IMG/VR virus record: IMGVR_UViG_3300031555_010707
Source: a virus
Taxonomy: Duplodnaviria > Heunggongvirae > Uroviricota > Caudoviricetes
Strand: one strand, 5' to 3'
Length of the DNA: 64,000 nucleotides
Part shown: one piece after another, positions 19,159-28,490 of the stretch
Position numbering within the stretch: the first letter of the stretch is position 1
Layout of the letters: the number at the start of each line of letters is the position of its first letter
The notes under the pieces: generated by a model
Databases searched by the model: none
Told to the model about the DNA's origin: nothing
What the model saw: only the letters and a program-made list of their open reading frames with translations
Made by a program: the position numbers and the translations under genes

Positions 19159-19590
19159 TCACTTCTTTCCGTCTGCGATAATAGAGTTTTCTCCGGCATC
19201 GCAAGCTCGCTTGTAGTAGACGCGACCTTCCATTTTGCTTTCCGCCTTCCTCATCGCTCCAAGACACTGCTTTAGCTGATTGACCGCATTGGTTTGAGAC
19301 GCAATCCAGTTCATCAATGGTGTCAGCGTATCAATAATGTCTTTGGCGACTCGGCGGCGTTGGCGAATTTTTCGAAGCTCCACCGCCGCATGAGCACGTT
19401 CATGATACGTCCACTCGCAAAGTTCAATTTCATGAAGCAGATCCTGCGTCTTTTTATCGCAGTAATCCAATTCATTTTGAGCCATTTTGAGGGACTCATT
19501 AGCCAAAGAAAACATATTCAGTGTCTCTTCAATGGACTGGCTCGTTACTTGAGGAGTGAGCTTATCCAGATCGTCAAGCACTGCGTTCAT
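19159..19590 (-). CDS. Hypothetical protein
   Basis: AGGAGG 7 nt upstream of ATG 19590; overlaps the Pnkp stop by 17 nt. Confidence 0.35.
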   Translation of the reverse strand: MNAVLDDLDKLTPQVTSQSIEETLNMFSLANESLKMAQNELDYCDKKTQDLLHEIELCEWTYHERAHAAVELRKIRQRRRVAKDIIDTLTPLMNWIASQTNAVNQLKQCLGAMRKAESKMEGRVYYKRACDAGENSIIADGKK

Positions 19591-21781
19591 TGACTGCCTC
19601 CTGATAATACTTGTTTCGGAGTTCGACAATGTTGGTAGAAGGATTACTCTCGGCATACTTTCTGACGAAAGCATAGAAATAATTCGTCAACGGAGTTTGC
19701 AAAGCGCCGGTGTTACGGAACTGTCCATAGTTGAATACGCTTTGGGCTACTCCGCGAAGAAGTTTCCATGTGGCGTAATAATCCGTCTTGATCTTGAGCA
19801 TGAATCCGACAGCATCTCTGATGACATATCCTTCAAAGGGAATGGCATCGGGACGGGCAAGAAGATTCTGAGAATTCTGATACAGGGAAAGGAATTCTTC
19901 CCAGTTATTGATGACACAGGCTCTCTTTTTCACTTCCAGTCCAAGCTCTTCTGCGGCACTGACGAGTTGAACATAGCTGCAAGCCGAGAATTCCAGTTGG
20001 TTTTCCACCATGTCCAGAAGATAGAGATGCTTCTCTCGGTATTCAATGATGTGTGGATCATTGACGGGATCAACCGCCTCGAACAGGAGCGTTACATCAT
20101 GTTTCTTCAGGTACTCTGTCAGCCTCTGCTTCTGCTCATCAGTGAACATGGAACGGAAAAGTTCTGCCATCGCACCGTCAACAGAAGACTTGGTGGTCAT
20201 GAACAAGGAGCCCGTAGACTGGTCATAAGAAACCAGCCCGAGGAAACCATTCTCTTTTTCGAAGACTTCAACAGGGAACACGAGTTTCTTCTGAAGCACA
20301 GACAGCTTGGTGTTCTGTCTTTCGTTGACTGCGAAGAATTTTTCATATCCACGAGCCACAACCTTCATGTTGGTGGTGTCGATATACAAACCGCGAGCAC
20401 GAACTGTAAGCGAATTCCACTTCTTATCCATAAAGGCTGCCCGAGTGAAGTTGAAGGAAGAAATATGACCGAAGGACTTTTCATGAATGAGGGGACTCTG
20501 CCGCATCCTCGCAACGAGATCGGAAATGATCTCTCTTTCAGTAGATGCAACGGGTTGCGCATCTTTGGGTGGCTGAACAACGGGCTGTTCGGCGGAGGGA
20601 TAATTAACCACCTTCCAGCCTTCTTCAGACAGGACGACGGTTCTCAGCTCTCCTCCACGTTCTACAGCGCCTTCGAGACAGAAACAATGTTCCGAAACAT
20701 GAGTCGGCAAACCGGAAACATTGCGATGACCGAACACCTGATAATACATGGGCGGAGCGGATTTTTCAAAGGACTCAACACATTCCTCCATCTGCTCGTA
20801 AAAGCCAACGCCGGAAATCATCTGGCAGGCAGGAACAAAGTCGAGATGGCCGAGAGAAGACCAGTCTGAAATACCTCCATGAGTGCAGAGTACAGTGCGA
20901 CCACGATATGTATAATAGGAACACTGTCGGATACGGCGGTAGAATTTTCTTATTTCTACCATGGAAATGCCGGCTGCATCAAGCTGGAATCCAGTCTTCG
21001 AATTGAACTCCCTTGAAGCAGATTGGCGACCGTTCGCCCACTCCCACAGATGAACCTCGTGATTTCCTTCAAGGAAACACACATTGGGGCGTTCTGAAAT
21101 ATCCATGAGGAACTGAAGAACCTTCGGAGAATCCGGGCCGCGATCAGCATAATCTCCGCAGAAAATATAGGCGGTCTTATCATCGATGCCATCCACAGGA
21201 TTTTCCCCGAACACCTTCTGGAGAGTGGAGTAGCATCCGTGAATATCACCGATGTGTACGACCTTATCATATTCGCTCAAATCGAAAGGAGTAGTAAATA
21301 TCTGCTCCCAATCATCGACGGTGATTCTCTTGATTCCGGCTGGAATATTCTGTGTCTGGAAACGTGAGTATACCTTTTCAATGTAGTCCTGTGGAACGAT
21401 TTTGAGCGGAGGCCGCTGGGCGTTACGGCGGAGGGTTTCCTCCAGAGGAATATCCGTCATGTCCAGGCAATAGATCCGATAGCGGTATTGATGCGCCAAT
21501 TCTTTGTAGCGCGTCATTTCGCTCGTCTTGGAATTGCAGGCATCGATAATCGTGAAATCACCGCGCTGCATCCTGCGTTCAAGCATGGCAAACAAGGTAT
21601 CCCAGACAATTCTATCGTTCTTCTGGGATATGACGGGCTTACCTTGTGGATCAAGTGCCGGGGAGGCAAAAAGGGAACGAATCTTATCAGACGAAAGTGC
21701 ATGGTCAGACAGGCCGTTCTTCTCAATCCAAGTGGATTTGCCGCAACCTGGAGCACCGCGCATCAAAATGAGAATTCGCAA
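19574..21781 (-). CDS. pnkp: Trifunctional RNA repair enzyme: polynucleotide 5'-kinase, metallophosphoesterase and ATP-dependent ligase-like (Clostridium thermocellum Pnkp-type architecture)
   Basis: N-terminal P-loop GAPGCGKST. Central GDIHGC, GDYADRG and GNHE calcineurin motifs. C-terminal EKENGFLG KxDG-like adenylyltransferase motif; 735 aa. Confidence 0.75.
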   Translation of the reverse strand: MRILILMRGAPGCGKSTWIEKNGLSDHALSSDKIRSLFASPALDPQGKPVISQKNDRIVWDTLFAMLERRMQRGDFTIIDACNSKTSEMTRYKELAHQYRYRIYCLDMTDIPLEETLRRNAQRPPLKIVPQDYIEKVYSRFQTQNIPAGIKRITVDDWEQIFTTPFDLSEYDKVVHIGDIHGCYSTLQKVFGENPVDGIDDKTAYIFCGDYADRGPDSPKVLQFLMDISERPNVCFLEGNHEVHLWEWANGRQSASREFNSKTGFQLDAAGISMVEIRKFYRRIRQCSYYTYRGRTVLCTHGGISDWSSLGHLDFVPACQMISGVGFYEQMEECVESFEKSAPPMYYQVFGHRNVSGLPTHVSEHCFCLEGAVERGGELRTVVLSEEGWKVVNYPSAEQPVVQPPKDAQPVASTEREIISDLVARMRQSPLIHEKSFGHISSFNFTRAAFMDKKWNSLTVRARGLYIDTTNMKVVARGYEKFFAVNERQNTKLSVLQKKLVFPVEVFEKENGFLGLVSYDQSTGSLFMTTKSSVDGAMAELFRSMFTDEQKQRLTEYLKKHDVTLLFEAVDPVNDPHIIEYREKHLYLLDMVENQLEFSACSYVQLVSAAEELGLEVKKRACVINNWEEFLSLYQNSQNLLARPDAIPFEGYVIRDAVGFMLKIKTDYYATWKLLRGVAQSVFNYGQFRNTGALQTPLTNYFYAFVRKYAESNPSTNIVELRNKYYQEAVNERSA

Positions 21782-23133
21782 GAGAACACCTCCTTGTTTT
21801 CATTCAAGTAATTGACAATATGGACACGTTCATTTTTCAAAGAGCCATCAATTACAGCATCAAGAACCTTGTTCAGAACAAAGCCGACTCTTTTCCCTTC
21901 CGCTATATTGAGCAACTCCATTACATCTTTTCCGCTGATTTCCAAATCTTTCAGACTAAAGCATTGGTTTTGCTCGACAATCTCATAGGCAATAGCTGCC
22001 AGAGATACGCAGCGTTCAATTCGAGACTGCTGAGTGCTCTCCTTATGAGCGAGAATATCAGCCATTCTGATTTCAACCAGTCTTGAAAATTGGAGTTCAC
22101 CGATTTTGTTCAACCATCGGCGCACTGTCTTCGGGGTAGGCTCAATAACGGCATCGTGGAACAACACAAGTTCGAGTACGTCATGCTTGGTTTTGTTGTC
22201 AAAACGCAATCTGTCAAGAACCTTTTCGGCAAGATCTCGACTGTATACTCCGTGACCATAGAAGTGCCCTCCGTTTTCATCCGTGGTATAGCAACATGGC
22301 TTGCCAATATCATGAAGGAATAACGAGAGCTTTATAACAATGTCATTTAATCCGCAGTTTTCTACGGCATGACAAATGTGATCGTATACGGTGTACTCGT
22401 GATACCTGTTATTTTGGTCAAATCCAATGCAGGGACTCATTTCTGGAATGATGACAGAGATAACATCGCTATACTCCAGTAAGATTTGAAGAACTCCTCG
22501 ACCACAGAGCATCTTGCATAGCTCGGTCTGAATTCTCTCTGCTGCAATGTTCAGGAGCTTTTCTTTATTCCTATGGATTGCCTGAGATGTTTTCTCTTCA
22601 ATGGCAAAACCATATGTAGAAGCAAAGCGCATTGCTCTCAGGATTCGAAGCGCATCTTCTCCGAATCTGTCATCTGGATTTCCAACGCATGAAATGATTC
22701 TTCTATTCAGGTCGTCCTGACCATGAAAAGGATCGATAATTCTTTCTCCGTCATAGGCCATTGCATTAACAGTGAAATCACGGCGTGCTAAATCCAGCTC
22801 TATGTTTTTCACGAATTCTACACTATCAGGATGTCGGCTATCAGAATAAAGTCCGTCAATTCTGAAAGTCGTAACCTCATACTGCTCAGAATCCCCGAGA
22901 TTAACCGTGATTGTTCCGTGCTGTAAGCCTGTATCAATCGTCTTGATATTGCGTTTTGCGAAGAAAGCCTTCATTTCAAGAGGAGTGGCTGATGTGCAAA
23001 TATCCCAGTCTTTCGGTTCAAGGTCAAGCAAGCTGTCTCGCACGCATCCACCAACGACATAGGCATCAAACCCGGCCTTGCGCAAATCCTGTATGATGAA
23101 ATTGGCGCCGTGCGGGATTTGGATATTACGCAT
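21763..23133 (-). CDS. cca: CCA-adding tRNA nucleotidyltransferase with a C-terminal HD domain
   Basis: GGCVRDSLLDLEPKDWDICTS is the class II head domain; HDIGK is the HD motif. Confidence 0.75.
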   Translation of the reverse strand: MRNIQIPHGANFIIQDLRKAGFDAYVVGGCVRDSLLDLEPKDWDICTSATPLEMKAFFAKRNIKTIDTGLQHGTITVNLGDSEQYEVTTFRIDGLYSDSRHPDSVEFVKNIELDLARRDFTVNAMAYDGERIIDPFHGQDDLNRRIISCVGNPDDRFGEDALRILRAMRFASTYGFAIEEKTSQAIHRNKEKLLNIAAERIQTELCKMLCGRGVLQILLEYSDVISVIIPEMSPCIGFDQNNRYHEYTVYDHICHAVENCGLNDIVIKLSLFLHDIGKPCCYTTDENGGHFYGHGVYSRDLAEKVLDRLRFDNKTKHDVLELVLFHDAVIEPTPKTVRRWLNKIGELQFSRLVEIRMADILAHKESTQQSRIERCVSLAAIAYEIVEQNQCFSLKDLEISGKDVMELLNIAEGKRVGFVLNKVLDAVIDGSLKNERVHIVNYLNENKEVFSCEFSF

Positions 23134-24148
23134 CGATAGCTCTCCTGTTCACTTCGATAACAAATTCCTCGACCTTCTTCATGTCCGGATGCTTTGGGAG
23201 GTTGGTATTTGCCTTCGCATATTCCAGACGCTTCTCGTATTCGCTCACCATCTCAAAGAATTCAGGCGCATATGAACCGTCTTCGCGCTGAAATTTACCG
23301 TTTCGGATACTGAGCAGAAAATCTCTGTCGTTGTATCGATAGGTGTTGATTTCGCCTTTCTCCAAGATGTCCAGACACAGAAGATAGAGACGAATCAGGT
23401 GCATGGCGTGCTTGTTGAGATGATCGTCGTCCTTCTTATGATTGCGATGGTGCAACTTCTCGTAATCTCGAAGTACACTGGACAGGGTGTTAAGCATGAT
23501 GCTGAACTCTCTGGCAGGATACTTTTCAAGGTGAATGTTGCAGAACACTTCCTTATCAAGATCGTCACGAGAACTCTCGTCGGTAAAGAGGCTGATACAA
23601 CCCTGATCGAAATCGGAATACTTGGAAGCGAATTCCCGAAGGGCTCGTTCCAGTGCCCCTCTGATGTGTTCCTCTTTCTTTGCCTGCGGCAACCTGTCTC
23701 TGGCGAGCGCGTTTTCCAAACGGCGAAGCTGCTGAGTAGCATATCCTCCGAACGAACTGACCGCTCTTTGCGAAAGGAACAGGCTTGCGTTGTCGATCAT
23801 CATGCGGCCTGCATCGGAAACATAAAAATAATGCTCCGGTTTGCAGCCGAGCATTTCAATCGTATTGGGATTGCAGTTCAGAAGCAAGCTGACCAGTTTG
23901 TTGAAGCCATAGATGGTAGTGTCGGTCTGCGTGTTTACGACCTGTTCAAAATTTGAGAGGCCGAGAAGATCACTCTTGCTGTTCATTGCACAGCCTCTTA
24001 CATCTACATCCGATGTTTCAATGTTGGTTCCATAGGCATGACTTCCGCCAAGCGTAAGGAACATAAGTCGGCCTGCGAGGTGAGGATTGGTTCGCAAGAA
24101 GTCATATTCCTCTCCGTTTACCATTTCTTTGATTTGCTCAAGAGTCAT
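23126..24148 (-). CDS. Pol-beta-superfamily nucleotidyltransferase, RlaP-like (RNA-ligase-associated NTase)
   Basis: LGGSHAYGTNIETSDVDVRG is a GS-YG-SDxDxRG signature. Confidence 0.5.
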   Translation of the reverse strand: MTLEQIKEMVNGEEYDFLRTNPHLAGRLMFLTLGGSHAYGTNIETSDVDVRGCAMNSKSDLLGLSNFEQVVNTQTDTTIYGFNKLVSLLLNCNPNTIEMLGCKPEHYFYVSDAGRMMIDNASLFLSQRAVSSFGGYATQQLRRLENALARDRLPQAKKEEHIRGALERALREFASKYSDFDQGCISLFTDESSRDDLDKEVFCNIHLEKYPAREFSIMLNTLSSVLRDYEKLHHRNHKKDDDHLNKHAMHLIRLYLLCLDILEKGEINTYRYNDRDFLLSIRNGKFQREDGSYAPEFFEMVSEYEKRLEYAKANTNLPKHPDMKKVEEFVIEVNRRAIDA

Positions 24149-24160
24149 ATACTCGCTCCT

Positions 24161-24595
24161 TTACCACATCTCATTGCCGATTTTGACACGAGGAATATTC
24201 CGTTGAATAGCTGCAAGCTCGTTCATCAGTAATCCGATCTTCTGGAAAGGGACACAGACAGTGCCCTCTCCTACTTTCATAGTCAGAATGTCTTCGGCAC
24301 AATCCAGAGAATACTCGGCCAAATCTCCCATAAGAGAAACATTGCGGCTCAGAACCGCAAGACATGCTTCCGGTTCCTCTTTTTCATGAATGGGCGCTGC
24401 GTTCATCGGCGCAGCAAAATTGCGAACGGCTGGTTTGCGCAGATTGGAAGGCTGTTTGCCAATCACTCGAAGCACCGTCTGATAGGAAACATCAAGGGCT
24501 TTGGCAATTTCCTGGTTGCTCATTCCATCTTCACGCATGTGGAGCAGTTCGCCAGGGGATACTTCACGCATTAAGCTCATATGCGCTACCTCCAT
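24161..24595 (-). CDS. HTH-domain regulator-like small protein
   Basis: GMSNQEIAKALDVSYQTVLRVIG helix-turn-helix. Confidence 0.4.
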   Translation of the reverse strand: MEVAHMSLMREVSPGELLHMREDGMSNQEIAKALDVSYQTVLRVIGKQPSNLRKPAVRNFAAPMNAAPIHEKEEPEACLAVLSRNVSLMGDLAEYSLDCAEDILTMKVGEGTVCVPFQKIGLLMNELAAIQRNIPRVKIGNEMW

Positions 24596-24605
24596 ATGTA
24601 TTGGT

Positions 24606-26099
24606 TCAGAAATTGCCGAACCACAAGATGTTGCGAATATCCGACAGAGAATACTCTTTCAGCATCTTGCCATCGCGGAAAACAGGAATCAGAAGATTCA
24701 TGGGGTCGTCGTTGTGTTCAGCAAAGGTCAGGCCATCAACGCAGGAAAAATCCTTTCCATCGAAATGCACGGCGCAGCATCCTCGCTGAGATTTCTTGAA
24801 GTGCGCGTTATCCGTCTTGGGATTTTTGAAAATCATGATGGGGGTTCCATTCTCGTCTTCTGCATAAGTTGCCTTAATGGCAATGCCAAAGGTATCACGA
24901 GTAAATGGATCGAAGTGACGGACACCGTTCTGGTCATAATGTTCAAGGCACTGCATTGAGAAAGAGCCGACGCCAAGAGAAACATTATTACATGCAAAAC
25001 CATTCTGCGTCAGGATTTCATAGATCTTTTCGCAGCGTTCCGGTGTAATGGAATCACCGTAAATGGCTTTGACGTGAGGATCAAGAACCTTATAGCCCTT
25101 GGAATTGACCGTACCACCAAACGTTTCCCAAAGATGGAAGACAGTCTGGGTAACAATCTCAACAGGATCACCGCTGTCTCCGCGAACCAGAAGGCATCCA
25201 TCATGATTCATGATCTCATCCTTCAGCTGAGGAAGAATGTTATCCACCAGATTCCAGTAATCATAAGAATCGGATACCATCGAGAAAGAATGATGAGGAT
25301 AGATTTCCGTAAGCAGTCGGCGAACGAAAGTAATTTCGTCTCCATCGACAGCGTAATTTGAACACATTACACTGTGTTCGGTAGAAATCGCGCCGAATGC
25401 AACGGGTTCCTTGGTACAATCGCAGTTGTAATACTTCTCAAGCCATGGAAGAGTCGGAACGGTTGCAGTATTCAGGAACGAAAGGCAGAAACCAGCGCTG
25501 GACATTACCGCACTTTCGATACTCTCCTGACCTCTCATGGAGAAATCACCAAGAGCTTTGGCACGAGGAAAAGAATCATCGACGGTCTTATCGTAATACT
25601 TATTGACGATGTTTCGATACATAACACCAACGTTTGCACTTACCATAGCGTGCCAAAGCGTGGCAGAGATCGCTGATTCAATGGTATTGACCAGCCATGC
25701 AAACTTAGGATGAGTATTGGAAATCTCGAACATAGGAACCTTGATGTTCACACGGCAACCTTCGGGCAGTGCCCGAATCTCAAGAGGCAAATAGCCCAGA
25801 TCGTAAAGCTCCTCGATCTTTTTGAGATTGTAGGAATTCTTTCCGAGGCCGTTGTCAACGATGCGAGCATATTCTGCCAACACCTCATCCTTCGGACGAG
25901 AGAAAAAGAAATCATCAAAGCATTCGATGAGATACGTTTTGATGAATGCCTGCAGGCCAAACATAACGAGCTTATTTTGACCTTCCAGGCGGGACATCCT
26001 GGGCGTAAAATACGATACCAGCTTCGTGACATTCTTAGGGTACATGTCGGAATGTACCACCTTGTACCAGTCACACAGCAAAAGCGGATTAAGTTTCAT
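24606..26099 (-). CDS. nadV: Nicotinamide phosphoribosyltransferase family protein (NadV/NAMPT-like; could be the Namat of a NARP1-type pair)
   Basis: The N-terminus LLCDWYKVVH resembles the NAMPT DSYK motif; 497 aa. Confidence 0.7.
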   Translation of the reverse strand: MKLNPLLLCDWYKVVHSDMYPKNVTKLVSYFTPRMSRLEGQNKLVMFGLQAFIKTYLIECFDDFFFSRPKDEVLAEYARIVDNGLGKNSYNLKKIEELYDLGYLPLEIRALPEGCRVNIKVPMFEISNTHPKFAWLVNTIESAISATLWHAMVSANVGVMYRNIVNKYYDKTVDDSFPRAKALGDFSMRGQESIESAVMSSAGFCLSFLNTATVPTLPWLEKYYNCDCTKEPVAFGAISTEHSVMCSNYAVDGDEITFVRRLLTEIYPHHSFSMVSDSYDYWNLVDNILPQLKDEIMNHDGCLLVRGDSGDPVEIVTQTVFHLWETFGGTVNSKGYKVLDPHVKAIYGDSITPERCEKIYEILTQNGFACNNVSLGVGSFSMQCLEHYDQNGVRHFDPFTRDTFGIAIKATYAEDENGTPIMIFKNPKTDNAHFKKSQRGCCAVHFDGKDFSCVDGLTFAEHNDDPMNLLIPVFRDGKMLKEYSLSDIRNILWFGNF

Positions 26100-26112
26100 A
26101 TTTCCCTTCCTT

Positions 26113-26922
26113 TCATTTGTTCAGGGGGAAAACGGTGATCTTCTCGTGTTCTTTGTGGAAGATACTGTCCGTGGTATAGACATGATCCACAAAATCCGTC
26201 GTCAGCAAATCACCCTCAAAGATTGCATGTTCGCAGTGGGAACAGAAAACCGAAACGCTTTTCGCGCCAAGTTCTTTAAGGGCTTTTGCGGAATGAAAAA
26301 ACGTGCCGCCGCGACAACAGATGTCATCCACGATCAGCACGTTCTTGCCCTTGATGTCGGCATTACAAACAACATCGAGGCCGGTAATCTTTCCAGTTTC
26401 CCAGCAGCGACGTTTAATGCCGAATCCGTATGGAGTTTTAATCATATCAGAATAGCGCTTCATAGCGCCTTCATCCGGGTAGAACAGAAGCAAATCGGGA
26501 TCATCCATATTTCCCATCGCCTTGCGAATATAAGGCTCTGGGGACAGGATCTTGCAGTTGTTGATGAGCGCAGTTGCAACATTGGAATGAGGATCGAGGA
26601 TATACACCGCCTTAAAGCCCAGCATGTTGATAAAGTCGGCAAAATACTTCAGCGTAAAGACTTCATAATCATGATGCGTTCTGTCCATTCTGGCATTCGG
26701 ACAATACGGAAGAACGAGCGAGACGCCCTTAAAAGCGGAATGCTGCCAAAGATGACGGACAATGTAGTAAAGCGCTGTCATTTCATCTTCGCTCTCATAA
26801 TGCCAGCGGATTACTGCCTCGCCTCCATTGTAGGCAACATCGGGGCTGGAAACTCCAAACGCGAAAGTTCCGTCTGGAAACCGGCTGTCCAGCTGGATGC
26901 GGTAATTGTTCAGCCAAATCAT
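26113..26922 (-). CDS. PRPP-synthetase-like phosphoribosyl pyrophosphokinase (Prs; or an Adps-type ADP-ribose pyrophosphate synthetase)
   Basis: PRPP-binding loop VLIVDDICCRGGT. Shorter than canonical Prs at 269 aa. Confidence 0.6.
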   Translation of the reverse strand: MIWLNNYRIQLDSRFPDGTFAFGVSSPDVAYNGGEAVIRWHYESEDEMTALYYIVRHLWQHSAFKGVSLVLPYCPNARMDRTHHDYEVFTLKYFADFINMLGFKAVYILDPHSNVATALINNCKILSPEPYIRKAMGNMDDPDLLLFYPDEGAMKRYSDMIKTPYGFGIKRRCWETGKITGLDVVCNADIKGKNVLIVDDICCRGGTFFHSAKALKELGAKSVSVFCSHCEHAIFEGDLLTTDFVDHVYTTDSIFHKEHEKITVFPLNK

Positions 26923-26937
26923 AGCTAACCCCTCCGT

Positions 26938-27567
26938 TTAGCCGTTGATGATCTTGATGTTACAGGGAGCCATAGCGTCGAGCGCCGTTTTGTGAGATTC
27001 GGGAGATACACAAGCGCAGCAAGCTGCGTCCACGATGATCTCTGCCTCGGGAAGCACAGCGCGAAGCAGCATGGCGTTGCTCAGCACGCAAATGCCCGTA
27101 CAGACTCCGCAAAGAACGATACGGTCATACTGTTCATCGCTTGCTACATTAGAGAGAACAACGCTTCCGAAGGTGGGCTTATTGAGCATGGCGAAAAAAT
27201 GACCAGAGCCAGCACAGTTCATCTTCGAATAGGATTTTTGTACGTCCTCGTTGATCTGCCAACCATCACTGTTCTGAATACAGTGAGGAACCGGGAGCAT
27301 TTTGCCTTCAGCCGTGTCCATGTAGTTGTCTTGGTGCGTGTCTCTGGTCATGATGATGTCGCCCTGCCAGCCTTCGATTTTCTCGCAGACCTTGGGCACG
27401 ATTGCCTTGGCCTCGTCTGTGCCAAGGACACCTGTTACGAAGTCGTTTTGCATGTCAACGACTACAAGAAGTTCCTTCAAATTCCTTTCCTCCTTGATAT
27501 GTTTTAGATGATGTTCGTCATCTATGACCTCGGCTTTTCTTGTCGAAACTGCCAGGGTCATGCCCAA
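26938..27567 (-). CDS. pncA: Nicotinamidase / isochorismatase-family hydrolase
   Basis: LVVVDMQNDF has the catalytic Asp. PHC is a metal-binding motif. CGVCTGICV carries the catalytic Cys. Confidence 0.6.
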   Translation of the reverse strand: MGMTLAVSTRKAEVIDDEHHLKHIKEERNLKELLVVVDMQNDFVTGVLGTDEAKAIVPKVCEKIEGWQGDIIMTRDTHQDNYMDTAEGKMLPVPHCIQNSDGWQINEDVQKSYSKMNCAGSGHFFAMLNKPTFGSVVLSNVASDEQYDRIVLCGVCTGICVLSNAMLLRAVLPEAEIIVDAACCACVSPESHKTALDAMAPCNIKIING

Positions 27568-28080
27568 CGAATCGTGAGGCGAAGCGGCAAATAATAATTC
27601 GGTGCCCTGTGTGCGAGGAACTTAGGGGAAGTTCAGCCTTGGCTGAAGTTCATCCGAAGTTTCGAGCGCACAGCCTGCGGAGGATCTTTGATCCGAAGCA
27701 GGATTTGCCGCGAGCCGAACGAAAGGAGCATTGGGTTTCACTTTCGATTACACCAGAAAGTCACAATCTCCAGAAATTATGTATTCATGTTTACTGGTGA
27801 TTGGTATCTTCATGACGAACTGTGATTGTGAATGCTTCGCAATCTGCATTGTATGGATGAGCTTGAGGATGACAGTGCGGGCCCTGGATACCGGTCGGCG
27901 AAGAGTCGTCAGCTCGTGCTATGACGTGTTGAGATGTCTAACGACCATGCCGGATCTGCTCGGGATGGGCGGATGCTGCAGACTCGACGTTATAAATAGC
28001 GCGATGGCCGCGTTCATCGCCTGATCGCTGAGCGCCTGAAGCCGGGCTGCCGGCTCGCAGGTGCCTCTGGGGCGGGGTAC

Positions 28081-28160
28081 GTCATCCTAACCTTTTGATA
28101 CTCCGGATTACACCTCGAAGCACTTAATCCTTAGAAATAAGAACCAAGTTATACATTGCG
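28081..28160. repeat. Conserved leader element, copy A (a near-identical 50 nt plus ttatacattgc); a second copy lies at 39915..39986
   Basis: gtcatcctaaccttttgatactccggattacacctcgaagcacttaatc versus gtcgtcctgaccttttgttacgccggattacacctcgacgcattcaatc. On the minus strand each copy follows a TGTATAAC/TGTATAAT -10-like box. Confidence 0.6.
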
Positions 28161-28173
28161 AAGTTAAAGGGAA

Positions 28174-28264
28174 TGGCGGAGAGAGTGGGATTCGAACCCA
28201 CGGACGGCGCGGAGCCGTCGGCGGTTTTCAAGACCGCTGCCTTAAGCCGCTCGGCCATCTCTCC
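28174..28264 (-). tRNA. tRNA-Ser(TGA), type II, CCA encoded
   Basis: Cloverleaf folded by hand; anticodon loop CTTGAAA. Confidence 0.75.
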
Positions 28265-28272
28265 ATTACGGG

Positions 28273-28479
28273 TCAGTTTTTTGTAAAAGGTATAACCACT
28301 TCTTTAAGAGCTTGAATTCTATCGAAACGGTCATTGCGGCCATCAACCCAGCGTTCTTTACCACAGCGTTTACAGCGATATTTCCGCATTGAGAATCGAA
28401 CATTGCCGTCAGTAGATTCAAACCAACTTACTTTAACGAACTTATGTCTGCAGAATAATGAGATAAGCCATTTTTTCAT
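28273..28479 (-). CDS. Small zinc-ribbon protein
   Basis: CKRCGK pair. Confidence 0.3.
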   Translation of the reverse strand: MKKWLISLFCRHKFVKVSWFESTDGNVRFSMRKYRCKRCGKERWVDGRNDRFDRIQALKEVVIPFTKN

Positions 28480-28490
28480 ACTGCGTCTCC

